A stretch of DNA of 64,000 nucleotides from Candidatus Latescibacterota bacterium (GCA_965197905.1 CBDAOB010000003.1:736001-800000), one strand, 5' to 3'. Counted from the stretch's first letter, positions 1 to 11,019 are shown. Translations and numbers: made by a program. The notes: generated by a model not told the origin, from the letters alone.

Positions 1-19
1 ACCCCATGTCGGCGGCTGA
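1..19 (+). CDS. 3' end of a gene ending ...P-H-V-G-G-stop; candidate ubiquitin-like (beta-grasp) protein, truncated by the window edge
   Basis: Frame 2 reads ccc cat gtc ggc ggc tga. The stop lies 2 nt before the GTG at 22, and a ThiF/E1 gene follows downstream. Confidence 0.45.
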
Positions 20-21
20 TC

Positions 22-1357
22 GTGCCTTACGGTGCCACGGTCAGACGGCTGCACCGCGAGCGACAGGATCGCCTGACTGCCCGGCGCATGCAGCATCGCT
101 TGGAGAGAAGGGCTCGTGCAGCTCCCAACCTTGCGCGGCGCCCTTTCGCGCTGCCCCGCGACACACGGCCCGAAACGCTGGTGGCGCTAGCTCCGGTAAG
201 GAGGGTCGAAGCTCGAATCGCCCCGGAGAGCGACAGTCGGTGCCCGCTCCACGTGGTCGAACTGCTTTCGACCTGGAGCGGCGGCGAGACGGCGGTGGTC
301 GCCGGCAAGGTTTTTGAGCTGCGGCGCCAACCCAAAACCTCAGGTTCGGTGCGAGGATATTCAGCCCGGCCCCTGGCGGACATCGCTGATCGACTGCAGC
401 ACCTGGCCGATCGGGGAGCTGCGCGTTTGGAAGCCTGGGCGACGGGTCACGGAGGTGGTGATCCGGAGCTGGATCGCTACCTCCCACCTCCAGCCCCCGC
501 TACGGCTGAAGCAATATCCGACTTCATAGCTAGCAAACTCGTGCCCCGGTTATCCGCCGTGAACGGTTCTGTGGAAGTGGTGGAAGAGCAGGAAGCCACC
601 CACCCCACAGCCAAGGTGGGCGAGCGTTTCGCGAATGAACTCAGGTCCGACTTTGCACTGGTTGGCGACGCGCTGTACAAACTGGCACGTTTCTATGGAA
701 AACCGGACGACCAGGAACTATATCTGGAGACACCCATGGGTCCATTCGTTGGTATGCGGGCCGAACCTCGGCAAGCGGCGTTGCATCGCTGCCAAACGCA
801 GTTGGTCGAGGTCCTCCGCAGCGCCTTCAGCTCCAGGTCTCATACTAAGGAGCTCTACAGGTCGGGAGACCACTATGTGCTCAACACGCCGCGAGGCAGG
901 TTCTACTATTGCCGCCATTGCCCGCCCTACGTTGTGGAAGCATCCGATGGACGACTCTATTATTTCGATGCAGTGCAGATCGGTATGCAGCTGACCCATC
1001 TCTGCTCGCGCGTTCTTATTTCGCGATCACGTTGTGCAAGCCCTGCACCCGTACGCCCATGTGTTCGTCCAGAATGCCTTCGGGGGCCGCATCGTCTGCA
1101 TGCCGCGGACACAGGAGTACTACGACCGTCTGCGTGACCTGCCACCCGAGGATGCACTGACAGAACACCTGGAGAATGCTCGCCTGACCTTGTGCGCCGG
1201 CTACTTACCCCACACCGCACCCTTTCATCCGATCGAAGAGGTGGGGCGCAAAACCATATCGGAAAATCGCGCACAGTCGCGCAACCTGCCGATCTACCGC
1301 TACGCTTCCAGAGCCGGATCTCATCGCTTCTCACACATCTTCGAGATGGATGAATAG
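22..1357 (+). CDS. Hypothetical protein with a C-terminal E2-like H..V...C segment; frameshifted near 1010-1035
   Basis: ORFs 22..1137 and 1034..1357 join by a single frame change: ...VLIS / RDHVVQALHPYAHVFVQNAFGGRIVCMPR. The end overlaps the start of the ThiF gene. Confidence 0.5.
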
Positions 1358-2634
1358 GTACTCGCGGCAGGAAGCCATTGGGGGTTGGGATCAATCCAGG
1401 TTGGCAGACGCCTGTGTCGTCGTTGCGGGATCGGGCGCCGCCGCTTTGCTGACGGCCCTCGCTGCCGTAGCCATGGGATTCGGCTCTATCGAGCTTCTTA
1501 AGCTGCGAGGACGCACCAGAGAAAACGGTATGTTCAGCCGCCTGGTATCTGGCACTGGAAGGGCGTGGGTAGATTTCCTACGCCAGGTGAATCCGACTAT
1601 TCGCATTGCAGAGGTATCAACTGGCAACGCATCCTCCCTGCGACGAACCTTCAGTCGTGCAAGCTGCGTTGCGCTTGTCGGCAGCACCGCCATCGAAAAC
1701 CGTTTTCACAGCCTGCTCGAACGATGCCCGGGTGTCCCGATCATCCGCGGGTGGACCGGCTCCTCCGGCATGTGTTGGGGCCCGGTCACCGCTTCCGCCG
1801 TAGAGGCGAGCGATCGGGGAGATGGGGTTTCTGATCTTTTGCTGGCAGGTTTTGTGGTGGAGGAGCTGCGTCAGACGATTTTGCCGCTGCCAGGCGATCC
1901 CGATGATCTTGACTTGGTGAAGCGGAGCACCCTGGCACGGGCTCCCTTCGTGCGGTCGCCTCCGCCGTGTGGCCGGCTTTCGATGGTGGGGGCGGGCGCG
2001 CTTGGAACCTGGGTCAGCCTTGGGCTGGGCTTGGCTAATGCCGCCGTCGAGCTCCACATATTCGATGCGGACCATGTGGAGGAGAACAACCTCAATCGAC
2101 AGGTGCTCTACTTTGGCGCTGTGGGGAAACCGAAATCACTTACCCTGGCAAGGCGAATCGCCAGGTTGTTTCCTTCCGTAAAGGCCAGCGGCTACGCCCT
2201 CTTTCTCGAAGAGAGTACGATGAACTGGCTGCCGCCATCTGGTCAGCTGGTTGCCTGCCCGGATAACTACGCAGTCCGTGACGTCCTCAATGACTGCGCG
2301 GTAGCAGCAGGCCACAGCCTCGTATCCGGGATCCTGCACCACCTATCTACCGGGCGGATCTCCATGTCTGGATTGTCAAATCGGCATCAAGCAACTCGCG
2401 CACCGAGAAGCGGCTGGCAACAGCTGCATGAGGCTCGACCCATCCGTAGTGACCAGCAACGTCATAGTGGGCGGCCTCATGGCTTGGCAGATTGTCGAAC
2501 TGATGAACGGGAAACTACAACCTGGAGTCTGGGAATACGACGGGCGTGCATCCGGATCGAGGTTTGGGGTACACTCGCAGCGGCCGGCGTGCGAGTGCCA
2601 CGTGCGATCTCCTGGTACCGCCGTCTGCAAATGA
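1350..2634 (+). CDS. E1-like protein with two ThiF/MoeB domains; frameshifted near 2330
   Basis: N-domain RYSRQ..WDQSRL..VVVAGSG. C-domain VGAGALG, DADHVEENNLNRQ, GKPKS, CPDN. A shifted frame continues GSCTTYLPGGSPCLDC..NSC..PSVVT..CEC to the stop at 2634. Confidence 0.8.
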
Positions 2635-2912
2635 TCGTGTGCCGCAAGCGGCATACCGCCTTGCGTATCGAATAAAAGCAGTTTATGCCGCTATCTTTCG
2701 GATGCCATCACGCCATTGCCGCTCCGCGATCTTAGACGCAGCCTTCGAAGCTTTTGACCGAACCTGACACAACGCAACTCGCTTGTGTATCTGAAAGACC
2801 CTCGCTATCTTTGCGGCATCCTGTGTATCCAGAATTATCACAACTCCCTCTGTCGCATCACAGTTCCCCCGTCACGCATGACACTTTCATTCCATTCTAC
2901 GGAGGAGAAGAA

Positions 2913-3620
2913 ATGAAAAAAGTGTTCATTCTGTTGGCCCTGTGCGCCCTGGTTGGCGCCAATGGGGCCGATGCCCAAGCGATGCATTACGATCTCTACT
3001 ACGGCTTGCCCGGTGAGATGGGCACGCGCACGGTCGACGTCGGCCTTGCAGCCGCCGACATCAGCAGCATCGGTGACGTTGGCGATGTCAACGTCATGGG
3101 CAAGTATTCCGTCAGTGACAAACTCGAAGTCGGCGCCGTCGCCACACTCGGTTTCCTCAACGATTTTCGGGACGACCTCTCGACCGTTTCCGCCGGCGGC
3201 AAGTGGAGTCTGTCCGACATGGGTGCTTTGACCGCGACCGCCGCGATTCCGGTCGGCGACGTCGATGACCTAGGCATTTCTTTGGGAATCATGCACACCA
3301 GAGCGGTTAGCGGCATAACGATCAACCACCTGCTGGCGGTAGGTTTGCTGGATGGCTACACTGGTGGCACGGGTATCGCCATTGCTGCCTTGATTGAACC
3401 GACCAAAGAGCTCAATGAGAAGCTGATCGGCTATCTGGATGTGATAATTGGCACCAATACAGACAGCATTGGAGACAATCTGGCGATTGATTTGGGACCA
3501 AACGTCGATATCATGGTCAACGACATGATCACCGTCAATGCCGGTGTCACCCTCGGCATCGCGGGCGATCTGAAGCAGGACGACCTGGGCATAGTGGCGA
3601 CTGCCATTATCGGCCTGTAA
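2913..3620 (+). CDS. Secreted, probable outer-membrane beta-barrel protein of unknown function
   Basis: GGAGGA RBS at 2901, signal peptide MKKVFILLALCALVGANGADA, alternating hydrophobic strands. Confidence 0.65.
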   Translation: MKKVFILLALCALVGANGADAQAMHYDLYYGLPGEMGTRTVDVGLAAADISSIGDVGDVNVMGKYSVSDKLEVGAVATLGFLNDFRDDLSTVSAGGKWSLSDMGALTATAAIPVGDVDDLGISLGIMHTRAVSGITINHLLAVGLLDGYTGGTGIAIAALIEPTKELNEKLIGYLDVIIGTNTDSIGDNLAIDLGPNVDIMVNDMITVNAGVTLGIAGDLKQDDLGIVATAIIGL

Positions 3621-3642
3621 CAACGATTTAGATTCCGCTCAG

Positions 3643-3680
3643 AGAAAACGGGTTCGATCGCATGATCGAGCCCGTTTTCT
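3643..3680. terminator. Bidirectional intrinsic terminator
   Basis: AGAAAACGGGTTCGATC-gcat-GATCGAGCCCGTTTTCT hairpin between convergent genes. Confidence 0.8.
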
Positions 3681-3710
3681 TCGTTCTGCTAGTAGGCGAG
3701 CTGTCGCTCT

Positions 3711-5315
3711 CTATTGGCAGTTCGCCGCCAATCTTTCCTGACGCATCCAGCGCTCCAGTATGTTGCGCGAGCGCATGAGCAGGCGGTAGTACCGATTCTC
3801 CACGGCCGCTTTGCCCCGCGAGCGTCTGCCGTTCGGCACCAGGTTGAAACGGCCGCGAACCTGGGTAATGATACGCGCTCGCGGATCCACAGCGATGGTT
3901 AGAATTCGTTCCAGTGGCTTGCCGTCTTCTCGGGCGCTCAACGACCAGATGGATGTGCTCCGCATGCGGCAGCTCTTGGCGTAGGACATGATGCAATGGT
4001 GCATATGTTGGCCCTCCGCCACCAGCTCGCGATTGCTAAGTAGCTCGCTAACCGTCCACCTGCAGCTTCGGCCGCCGCTGCTCCTGTCGATCTCTTCGAG
4101 AGAGAATTCACCCACCTCTGAATGCTCCCACACCATGAGGCGATGCCACTTCTTCTTGCTGCGTTTGAGGTCGAGCGGCGGTTCCTCGGGGTGCACCTGA
4201 TTGGCGAGCTCTTCGTGCCAATCATCCATCTGCCGCAGAAGCTTGCTAACGCTGCGCCCGCCCATGGAAAAGTTGGGTTGAGGCGGTTCTTCCGTTTCGA
4301 TATGCCCACCCGGACGCACGACTTGGCGCGATGCGAACTTCTGGTTGTGGATGTAATCGACCATGGGACCAACCTGGGCGGGATCCAACATCGGATTGCG
4401 GGCGAAGAAGATGATGACCGTCGCCCAGAACTCCTCGTTGTCGAAACAGGAGCCGAGACGAGAACCGATGACGGCCCCGGCCTGGTGTTCATTACCTCCT
4501 TGTCCCACCAACTGTCCCCATCGTAAGGCTTGGGCGACAGTGACATCACAAGGCGCCCGTAGGAATTCATGGGCCATCTTCTTGGTCAATCGCACCGGAG
4601 TGTCGGCCGTGCGAATATTGCCGCCGCGACCAACGTGGAGGAACCAATCCTGTTCCCGTTGAGTTGCCGTAGTGGCGCCCTGCAGCCAGGCGGCGTCCAT
4701 GAAGGCGGGGACGTCGTACTCCGCCGCCAGGTGTTGAACGAGACTTCTGAACTGACGTCGAGGATTGTGGATGTCGGGATTCCATCTCTCAACCGGCCGA
4801 ATCCAATCGGCGTGACGGCGAGCAAGCGCGGTCATACCCTCGATGTAGGTATTGCCCTCGATCTCACCCAGCTGTTCCAATGCCGGTCGCAGATCGAAGA
4901 GATCGCCTACTCGTTCAACCCTGGCAAATAGCCGGAACAGCGCGTGGCGCTCGGGACCATGGCCGATATGGTTGAACTGGCTGCGGATGCGGTAGAGGTA
5001 TGGGAGCCCCAGGCGACCCTTGTGGCCGGAGTGTTCATAGAGCTCTTTGATGGCATTTCCCGGTCGCCTGCTGTTGCGCCGCTTCGCGGCGAGAATCGTG
5101 TCCCCGGCTATGCGGTTCGCGAGCCGTCGTTCGTTCTCAATCTGACGATCGCTCTTGGCGATGCCGTTTCCAAGTCCCCGACGCTGGCACCAGGCCCGGT
5201 ACTCCTTTTCGGATTGGAGACCGAGCTTCTTGTAATGGCGTCTGATGTGCGCGCGGTTGTTGGCGCGTTCAATCTCCTGACTGTTCGATCTTCGCCGTCG
5301 CCGCTTGTGTGCCAT
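3711..5315 (-). CDS. PcfJ-like domain protein (paralogue 1)
   Basis: C-terminal ELLSNRELVAEGQHMHHCIMSY...ILTIAV...ITQVRGRFN. Strongly similar to 23009..24754. Confidence 0.75.
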   Translation of the reverse strand: MAHKRRRRRSNSQEIERANNRAHIRRHYKKLGLQSEKEYRAWCQRRGLGNGIAKSDRQIENERRLANRIAGDTILAAKRRNSRRPGNAIKELYEHSGHKGRLGLPYLYRIRSQFNHIGHGPERHALFRLFARVERVGDLFDLRPALEQLGEIEGNTYIEGMTALARRHADWIRPVERWNPDIHNPRRQFRSLVQHLAAEYDVPAFMDAAWLQGATTATQREQDWFLHVGRGGNIRTADTPVRLTKKMAHEFLRAPCDVTVAQALRWGQLVGQGGNEHQAGAVIGSRLGSCFDNEEFWATVIIFFARNPMLDPAQVGPMVDYIHNQKFASRQVVRPGGHIETEEPPQPNFSMGGRSVSKLLRQMDDWHEELANQVHPEEPPLDLKRSKKKWHRLMVWEHSEVGEFSLEEIDRSSGGRSCRWTVSELLSNRELVAEGQHMHHCIMSYAKSCRMRSTSIWSLSAREDGKPLERILTIAVDPRARIITQVRGRFNLVPNGRRSRGKAAVENRYYRLLMRSRNILERWMRQERLAANCQ

Positions 5316-5321
5316 CTTGCT

Positions 5322-6386
5322 CTACCTCGTTTTCAGATAGATCGAGATCCTGCGCAACCCTTCTTCGATCGACTCCAGATCCAACGCGTAGGAGAGCCGC
5401 ACCCGCTGCGGCGCCCCGAACCATTCTCCAAGGTAGGTGATCACCTTGTGGTTTTGGTACAGATCCCAGACGAAATCCCGGGGTGATTCGATCTTTGGCA
5501 TCACGTAGAACGCCCCTTCCGGTTTCCACAGCTCCAGCCCAAGGTCCTGCAGCCCTTGATAAATGCGATCGCGACGTTGGCGCCAGACTACCAGTTGCTC
5601 CTCGATGAAGCTGGCAGGCACACCAATGGCGGCCAGTGCCATCTCCTGACCGAGGATGTTGGTATTCATGGAGGTATGGGTCTTCATGGCGATGACGTTT
5701 TCTACCAACACCTGATCCAGGGACCACAGGTAACCCACACGAAAGCCGCACATAGCGTAGGTCTTGGAGAAGGAATTGATCGTCACAACGTGGGGCCCGT
5801 TGAGCAGGTAGTTCTCGCGCACATAGATGAGGTCTTTGTAGACCTCGTCGGAGAGCACATACACCCCTCGTTCGCTGGTTAGGCGCTCGACTGTCTTCAA
5901 GGTTTCGATCGCTTCGACGCGGCCGGTGGGATTACAGGGGGAATTGATGATCACTGCCTTGCATTCGCCGACCTTGGCCGCAAAGTCGTCCACGTCGATA
6001 AGCCCATCGACGGTTTCAGTATATAGAGGTTCCAAACCGGCAAATCTCACCATGTGTGGGTAGGAATAATAGTAGGGGCGTGTAACGAGGACCTTATTCC
6101 GATCACCGGGCATGTTGGCGATCGCCCGCAACGCCAGGTCGAGCGCCTCGGAGGCGCCATTGGTCACGACAAAACTCTCGGCCGTGGAATCGGGATACTG
6201 GCGCGCCAGGGCCTGGCGCAGCTCGTCCATTCCCTGAATCAGTCCGTACTTGAAGTCGCGGTAGTTTGGGAGAATCTTGTATGCTTCCGGTGGGGGCGGC
6301 AAATCGGGCTGCCCCGATCCGAAGGAAATAATGTCGTCGCCCTGGACCCCGATGAAAAGGGAGGGCGAGAGTTCGTCTTTACCCAT
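5322..6386 (-). CDS. PLP-dependent class I/II aminotransferase
   Basis: GQPD, TNGASEAL, NSPCNPTG, SDEVY, NSFSKTYAMCGFRVG motifs. Start uncertain (6386 or 6431). Confidence 0.9.
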   Translation of the reverse strand: MGKDELSPSLFIGVQGDDIISFGSGQPDLPPPPEAYKILPNYRDFKYGLIQGMDELRQALARQYPDSTAESFVVTNGASEALDLALRAIANMPGDRNKVLVTRPYYYSYPHMVRFAGLEPLYTETVDGLIDVDDFAAKVGECKAVIINSPCNPTGRVEAIETLKTVERLTSERGVYVLSDEVYKDLIYVRENYLLNGPHVVTINSFSKTYAMCGFRVGYLWSLDQVLVENVIAMKTHTSMNTNILGQEMALAAIGVPASFIEEQLVVWRQRRDRIYQGLQDLGLELWKPEGAFYVMPKIESPRDFVWDLYQNHKVITYLGEWFGAPQRVRLSYALDLESIEEGLRRISIYLKTR

Positions 6387-6734
6387 GTTGTGCTGCAGAC
6401 CTTTCTGTCTTTGCAAAGGTACTCGTCGCAACGAATTTCGTCACGGGAATCTGCGACCGATCATTCATTGTGGCACGATTGATTTCAATTGCCAGGCGTC
6501 TAGTTTCTGGTTCGTGGGTAACACCGTTCGATCAATCTGATGGTGTTGGCCGCGCAGGGATCCGATATTGCTGGTAGGCTCGATTCCCAGAGATGGAGCG
6601 TGTTGTGCGCCGCCCACCAGATTTGGCTTCATCTCAATTCTAAAATCGATCGTTGATAGTCACAAGATCGGCTCTGCGAACCGCGCGACCTTGCAGCTCC
6701 TCTGCACCAAGCCCGGCTAACCGCCAGAATCCGC

Positions 6735-6763
6735 TTGTGATACCTAGCCTGGGATATTATTCT
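6735..6763 (+). promoter_or_regulatory. Candidate sigma70 promoter
   Basis: TTGTGA-17 nt-TATTCT upstream of a GGAGGA RBS and the ATG at 6805. Confidence 0.4.
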
Positions 6764-6804
6764 GGTACAGATTGTGACGCTGGATAAATTTTCGGAGGAC
6801 CACT

Positions 6805-7819
6805 ATGTCCGAGCGAGTCGACGACACCCAAACTGCGCCGGATGCGACATCGTGCAGCTACACGCGCAGCGACGGTAGCCGTTGCCCTGGAGAGATCGTA
6901 GATACCGAGACCAACCTCTGTTTCTGGCACGATAGCTCCAGCCCCAAGGAAGGGCCCCAGGTACGGGTGCAGCTGGAGGAATGGGCGGAGAGCGGACGTT
7001 CGATGGAAGGTTTCGAGCTACGCTATGCCTCCCTAGAAGGACTCAAGCTCAGCAACAAACCGAACCGCGACCTGCGCAAGGCCAACTTGTTTCGCGCCAG
7101 TTTGCAGGGGGCTAGCCTGTTCAACGTCGACCTGCGCGGTGCCGAGCTGATGAAAGCAAATCTCGCCGGCGCCAACATGAACGAAACGAAAATGCAGGAT
7201 GTGAACCTCCTGGGCGCTACCCTGGACGCAACACGTCTCGAGCATGTGGAATGGAGCGATCTTTGCCTTAACGAACGGCAGGCGCTCGATGCGCGGCGCG
7301 CGGGCGACGAGGAGGACGCTCTGCAGAAGTTGAAGGAAGCTCAAGAGGTGTATCGCGCTCTACGCCGGGCGTACGGGAGCACAGTCTGAGCCGATACAGG
7401 CAGGTGTTTTTTTTCGGCGTGAGATGATTATGCGCCGCTGGCAGATGCCGCGGTGGTCGGGCGGCCGTCTCTGGTCTTGGATCGTGGACGCCTCTTGTGC
7501 CTACGGCGAGAGCCCGCCGCGGGTGATCGTGTCGTCTCTCGTTCTCAACATCGTGTGTGCGGTGGGTTATTTCTTCGCGGGTATCAACGGACCTGAAGGC
7601 CTAGCGGTATTCGATCCCGGTGCGGGGCTCAAGGCCAACGTCATTGCCTTCTTCGAATGCATCTACTACAGCGTCGTTACCTTCACCACCTTGGGATACA
7701 GCGATGAAGCGCGTCAGATCTGGATCGTTCGACCCCTGGCGTCGGCGCAGGCATTCATCGGCGCTTTTATGATGGCGCTGTTCGTGGTCACCTTTGGCAA
7801 GAGGATGACGCGAAGCTGA
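6805..7819 (+). pseudogene. Pentapeptide-repeat plus two-TM ion-channel-domain protein, frameshifted near 7375-7390
   Basis: N-terminal C-C-C-H motif and A(N/D)LxG repeats. The second frame is open through QAGVFFRREM to YYSVVTFTTLGYSD. The break may be an assembly error. Confidence 0.7.
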
Positions 7820-7844
7820 GCCGCACCATTAGACTGGTAATCGG

Positions 7845-8576
7845 TTAGCCGCCGAAGTCATACGCCACACCCACTCCCCATTGGAAATAGAACTCCTCGT
7901 CGGCGGGATCCCAAAGAAATCCGAATCCCGGATCGAGCAACACGCCGAGCTCCGGATGGAAAGAAATATCGCTCCATTTGGGCGTCAGGCGTGCCCCCAG
8001 GTTCAATGCCCAGAAATCGTCCGCCCCCTGCTTCACAAACCAGATGCCTTTGAGCGCAAGATTGAGTTCAGCGAGTTCGTTGATACGCTCGCTGGCCAGG
8101 AGGGTAGGATGCAATTGGTAGGAATCCCCGCGATCGATTCCGTCACCGAAGAAGAATCCGATCGGAAGGGAAAACGACAGTCGTTCCCGAGCGATACCTA
8201 CCTTGGGATCGATGGCGATAAACTGATAACCGTCCCCGATGCCGATACGACTGCACTTGATTCCCAAATCCAGCCTGGAACTCACTCCGTGCCGCACCTG
8301 AAGGTCAGCAACGGACCACAGATCGTCATACCTTCCGTCTGCTACGAACGCTTGACGGCTGATGCTTGGAGTTATCGATGTTTGTCCCGCATCCAATAAC
8401 CGGGCAGACTGAAACGTCGAAAACGAATAGCACCCCGAAATCGAGATCGAACCAATCAGGAGTACCGCCTTCGACGCCAGCCGCGGGAAGCAGCCGGCGC
8501 GCCGTTGCGGTGATTGGGAGCCAACCGCCCCGTCCACGTCTCGCGTTTGCAGCGATCGTCCACCAACCAGCGTCAT
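7845..8576 (-). CDS. Hypothetical lipoprotein / beta-barrel
   Basis: ISGC lipobox-like motif, aromatic C-terminal strand, ATGA overlap with the upstream gene. Confidence 0.55.
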   Translation of the reverse strand: MTLVGGRSLQTRDVDGAVGSQSPQRRAGCFPRLASKAVLLIGSISISGCYSFSTFQSARLLDAGQTSITPSISRQAFVADGRYDDLWSVADLQVRHGVSSRLDLGIKCSRIGIGDGYQFIAIDPKVGIARERLSFSLPIGFFFGDGIDRGDSYQLHPTLLASERINELAELNLALKGIWFVKQGADDFWALNLGARLTPKWSDISFHPELGVLLDPGFGFLWDPADEEFYFQWGVGVAYDFGG

Positions 8577-9313
8577 GATACTGCAGCCAGTCCAAGGTCG
8601 CAGAGTTCGGCTACTGGACCTTCGGACCAGCCGATCCAGCCGCGCAAGGTCGCGGTTTCGCCCGGTGCAACGTGCAAGGCATCCGGTCCTCCGTGAATGC
8701 AGTTGACCCCCGGATCCGAATTGCCGCTGTATTCGCTGTGCGTCTCCCAAGCGATTGCTGTGGCGCCACCGCTGCGCGCTTCAACGGCGATGACCGCGGG
8801 ACCGCGTTCCTTGTCTGGCATACTCATACCGCATCTCAGGGTGGGGTGGTGATGTTCGTGGCACTCGGGTGGAATACCGTCCTTAGCAATGTTGGCCAGG
8901 CGTCCATCCGCCCACGCGTAAGTGCGTTCGCCCTCCGGGTCACGGAAGTCTTCAGCCGCCGCCATCTGATAGCAGGTGCCGATGCCCGCTCGCTCCCACG
9001 TCAGACCGCTTTTGTTGTGCAGCTCGTATTGCAGCTCGAGATCATCGTCCCGAATGCGCGCCCACGCGGTCAATGCAGCATTCTCATTGTCGAAGGCCAG
9101 ACAACGGAAGGTGGCGCCACCATCCTCGACGGACCAGGTCTGAGGCCCCTCTTTGGCCTGACTGTAGAGGGCAACTCCATCCGTTCCCGAACCCTCCGGG
9201 AGCCAGAGGCGAAACACCTGCCGCGGAAACAATGAGGTGGAGATGTGTAGTACGGTCATCTTTTGGGCGTAGAACCGGATGGGAATTGTTTTTGGGTCGA
9301 TCGTGATCTGCAT
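8573..9313 (-). CDS. Hypothetical protein
   Basis: 246-aa ORF of normal composition, coupled to the downstream gene. Confidence 0.6.
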   Translation of the reverse strand: MQITIDPKTIPIRFYAQKMTVLHISTSLFPRQVFRLWLPEGSGTDGVALYSQAKEGPQTWSVEDGGATFRCLAFDNENAALTAWARIRDDDLELQYELHNKSGLTWERAGIGTCYQMAAAEDFRDPEGERTYAWADGRLANIAKDGIPPECHEHHHPTLRCGMSMPDKERGPAVIAVEARSGGATAIAWETHSEYSGNSDPGVNCIHGGPDALHVAPGETATLRGWIGWSEGPVAELCDLGLAAVS

Positions 9314-9459
9314 GTGGCGCTATCCCTGTTGGAAGATTACTGACCGGTCGCGTCAACCATCACAATATATGCCACCGTCCTTGAGTTCAAGATTCGGCTC
9401 AAAGAAACGTGTCGGGTATTGGCCCCCTACGGGAAGTAGGTCGCGTCGTTTGAGATACA

Positions 9460-11007
9460 TTGACCTTGATAGGGCGACGGTGTAGGTTGGCCGGCGTGGC
9501 CACACCTTCCGCAAAATGGTTCTCCTTTGGGGATCTGCTGGCGGGCATCAGTGTCGCGTTTGTCGTTATACCCCAGTCAATCGCCTACGCCGAATTGGCC
9601 GGCATGCCGCCGTACACTGGGCTGTTGGCCGCCGCCCTGCCCTCCATCGCCGCCTCTTTTTTCGTCTCCTCACCCTATCTGCAAACCGGACCGGTTGCCC
9701 TTACTTCGCTGCTGACGTTTGGAGTTCTCACCCAGCTTGCGACCCCTGGGACGACCGAGTACATCTCGCTGGCGGCCAGCCTTGCGTTGGTGGTCGGCGT
9801 CTTCCGGATCGCCATCGGCTTGCTCCGCCTGGGTCAGATCGCTTTTCTGATCTCCCAGCCCGTCCTCCAGGGTTTCACCACCGCCGCCGCTCTTTTGATT
9901 ATCTGTGCACAGCTGCCCAAGACCCTGGGGATGCACAGCGGTAGTCGCGGTGTGATCGAGGGGGCGCTTTTCAGCCTCAGTCGACCCCTGGAGTGGTTCG
10001 CGCCAGCCGCCGTTGTAGCTTTGGCCTCGGTCCTAATCATCGTATTGGGGCGGAAGATCCACCGAATCTTCCCGGGCACCCTGGTAGCGGTGGTTCTCGG
10101 ACTCGCCCTCTCGGCTTGGTTGCCCTACGAAGGAGCCGTGGTGGGTGAGATACCAGCCGCCTTCCCGTCTCTCTCGTTGCAGTTGCCGTGGTCCAGTTTG
10201 CCAGGCATCGTATTGGGGGGATTGATCATTGCCCTCGTGGGTTTCGCGGAGCCGGCTTCAATAGCCCGGCGTTATGCCATTCTGGACAAGCTGCCATGGA
10301 GCTCGAACCGGGAGTTCATTGGCCAGGGGGTCGCCAATGTCACCTCCGGCCTGATCGGTGGGTTTCCGGTCGGCGGGTCATTCTCGCGCACCTCCATCAA
10401 TAGGTTGGCCGGCGCCAGAAGCCGCGTCAGCGGCCTCGTCACCGGATGCGCGGTTCTCGCCTTCACTCCCTTCTGCCATGTTCTGGCACAACTGCCAACC
10501 GCCGTGTTGGGTGCGGTGGTCATCGCCGCCGTGCTGAATCTGATGAACTTCAAGGAGCTCTGGCATCTCCAGGTCTACTCCAAACCGCAAGCGATCATCG
10601 GTTGGCTCACCTTCGTGTCCTGTGTGGCCCTGGCGCCGCGGATTGATATCGCCATTCTCCTCGGTATCGGGGTTGCTGTCGGCCACCACTTGCGGCGCGA
10701 GCAACAACTGATCATCGACAGCTGGGTGTACGACAACGCTATTCACATCAAACCGAAGGGCGTGCTCTGGTTCGGATCGATCGCAAACTTCGAGGTAGAG
10801 TTTCGGCATCTTCTCAACGTCAACAGGGAAGCTGACCGTGTGGTCGTACAGCTTGAAGGGCTGGGTCGAATCGACTTGAGCGCGGCAATCAGTCTCTCGC
10901 ATCTCGTGCAGGACGCGGAGCAAATCGGGTTGGAGGTGAGCCTGGAGAACGTCCCACCGATGGCGAAAGCATGGACCGAGCGCCTGTGGAATCAGCCGCT
11001 CAAATAG
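9460..11007 (+). CDS. SulP family anion transporter with STAS domain
   Basis: GDLLAGISVAFVVIPQSIAYAELAG, GGSFSRT, C-terminal STAS-like LWFGS...IDLSA. Start uncertain. Confidence 0.9.
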   Translation: MTLIGRRCRLAGVATPSAKWFSFGDLLAGISVAFVVIPQSIAYAELAGMPPYTGLLAAALPSIAASFFVSSPYLQTGPVALTSLLTFGVLTQLATPGTTEYISLAASLALVVGVFRIAIGLLRLGQIAFLISQPVLQGFTTAAALLIICAQLPKTLGMHSGSRGVIEGALFSLSRPLEWFAPAAVVALASVLIIVLGRKIHRIFPGTLVAVVLGLALSAWLPYEGAVVGEIPAAFPSLSLQLPWSSLPGIVLGGLIIALVGFAEPASIARRYAILDKLPWSSNREFIGQGVANVTSGLIGGFPVGGSFSRTSINRLAGARSRVSGLVTGCAVLAFTPFCHVLAQLPTAVLGAVVIAAVLNLMNFKELWHLQVYSKPQAIIGWLTFVSCVALAPRIDIAILLGIGVAVGHHLRREQQLIIDSWVYDNAIHIKPKGVLWFGSIANFEVEFRHLLNVNREADRVVVQLEGLGRIDLSAAISLSHLVQDAEQIGLEVSLENVPPMAKAWTERLWNQPLK

Positions 11008-11019
11008 TGAGGGAAACCT

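Noticed and set aside
2376..2675. C-terminus of the 441-aa ORF 1350..2675 as real protein
   Set aside because: The ThiF Zn and Cys motifs continue in a different frame that ends at 2634.
6470..6490. TGGCACG as a sigma54 promoter
   Set aside because: No TTGC at the -12 position.
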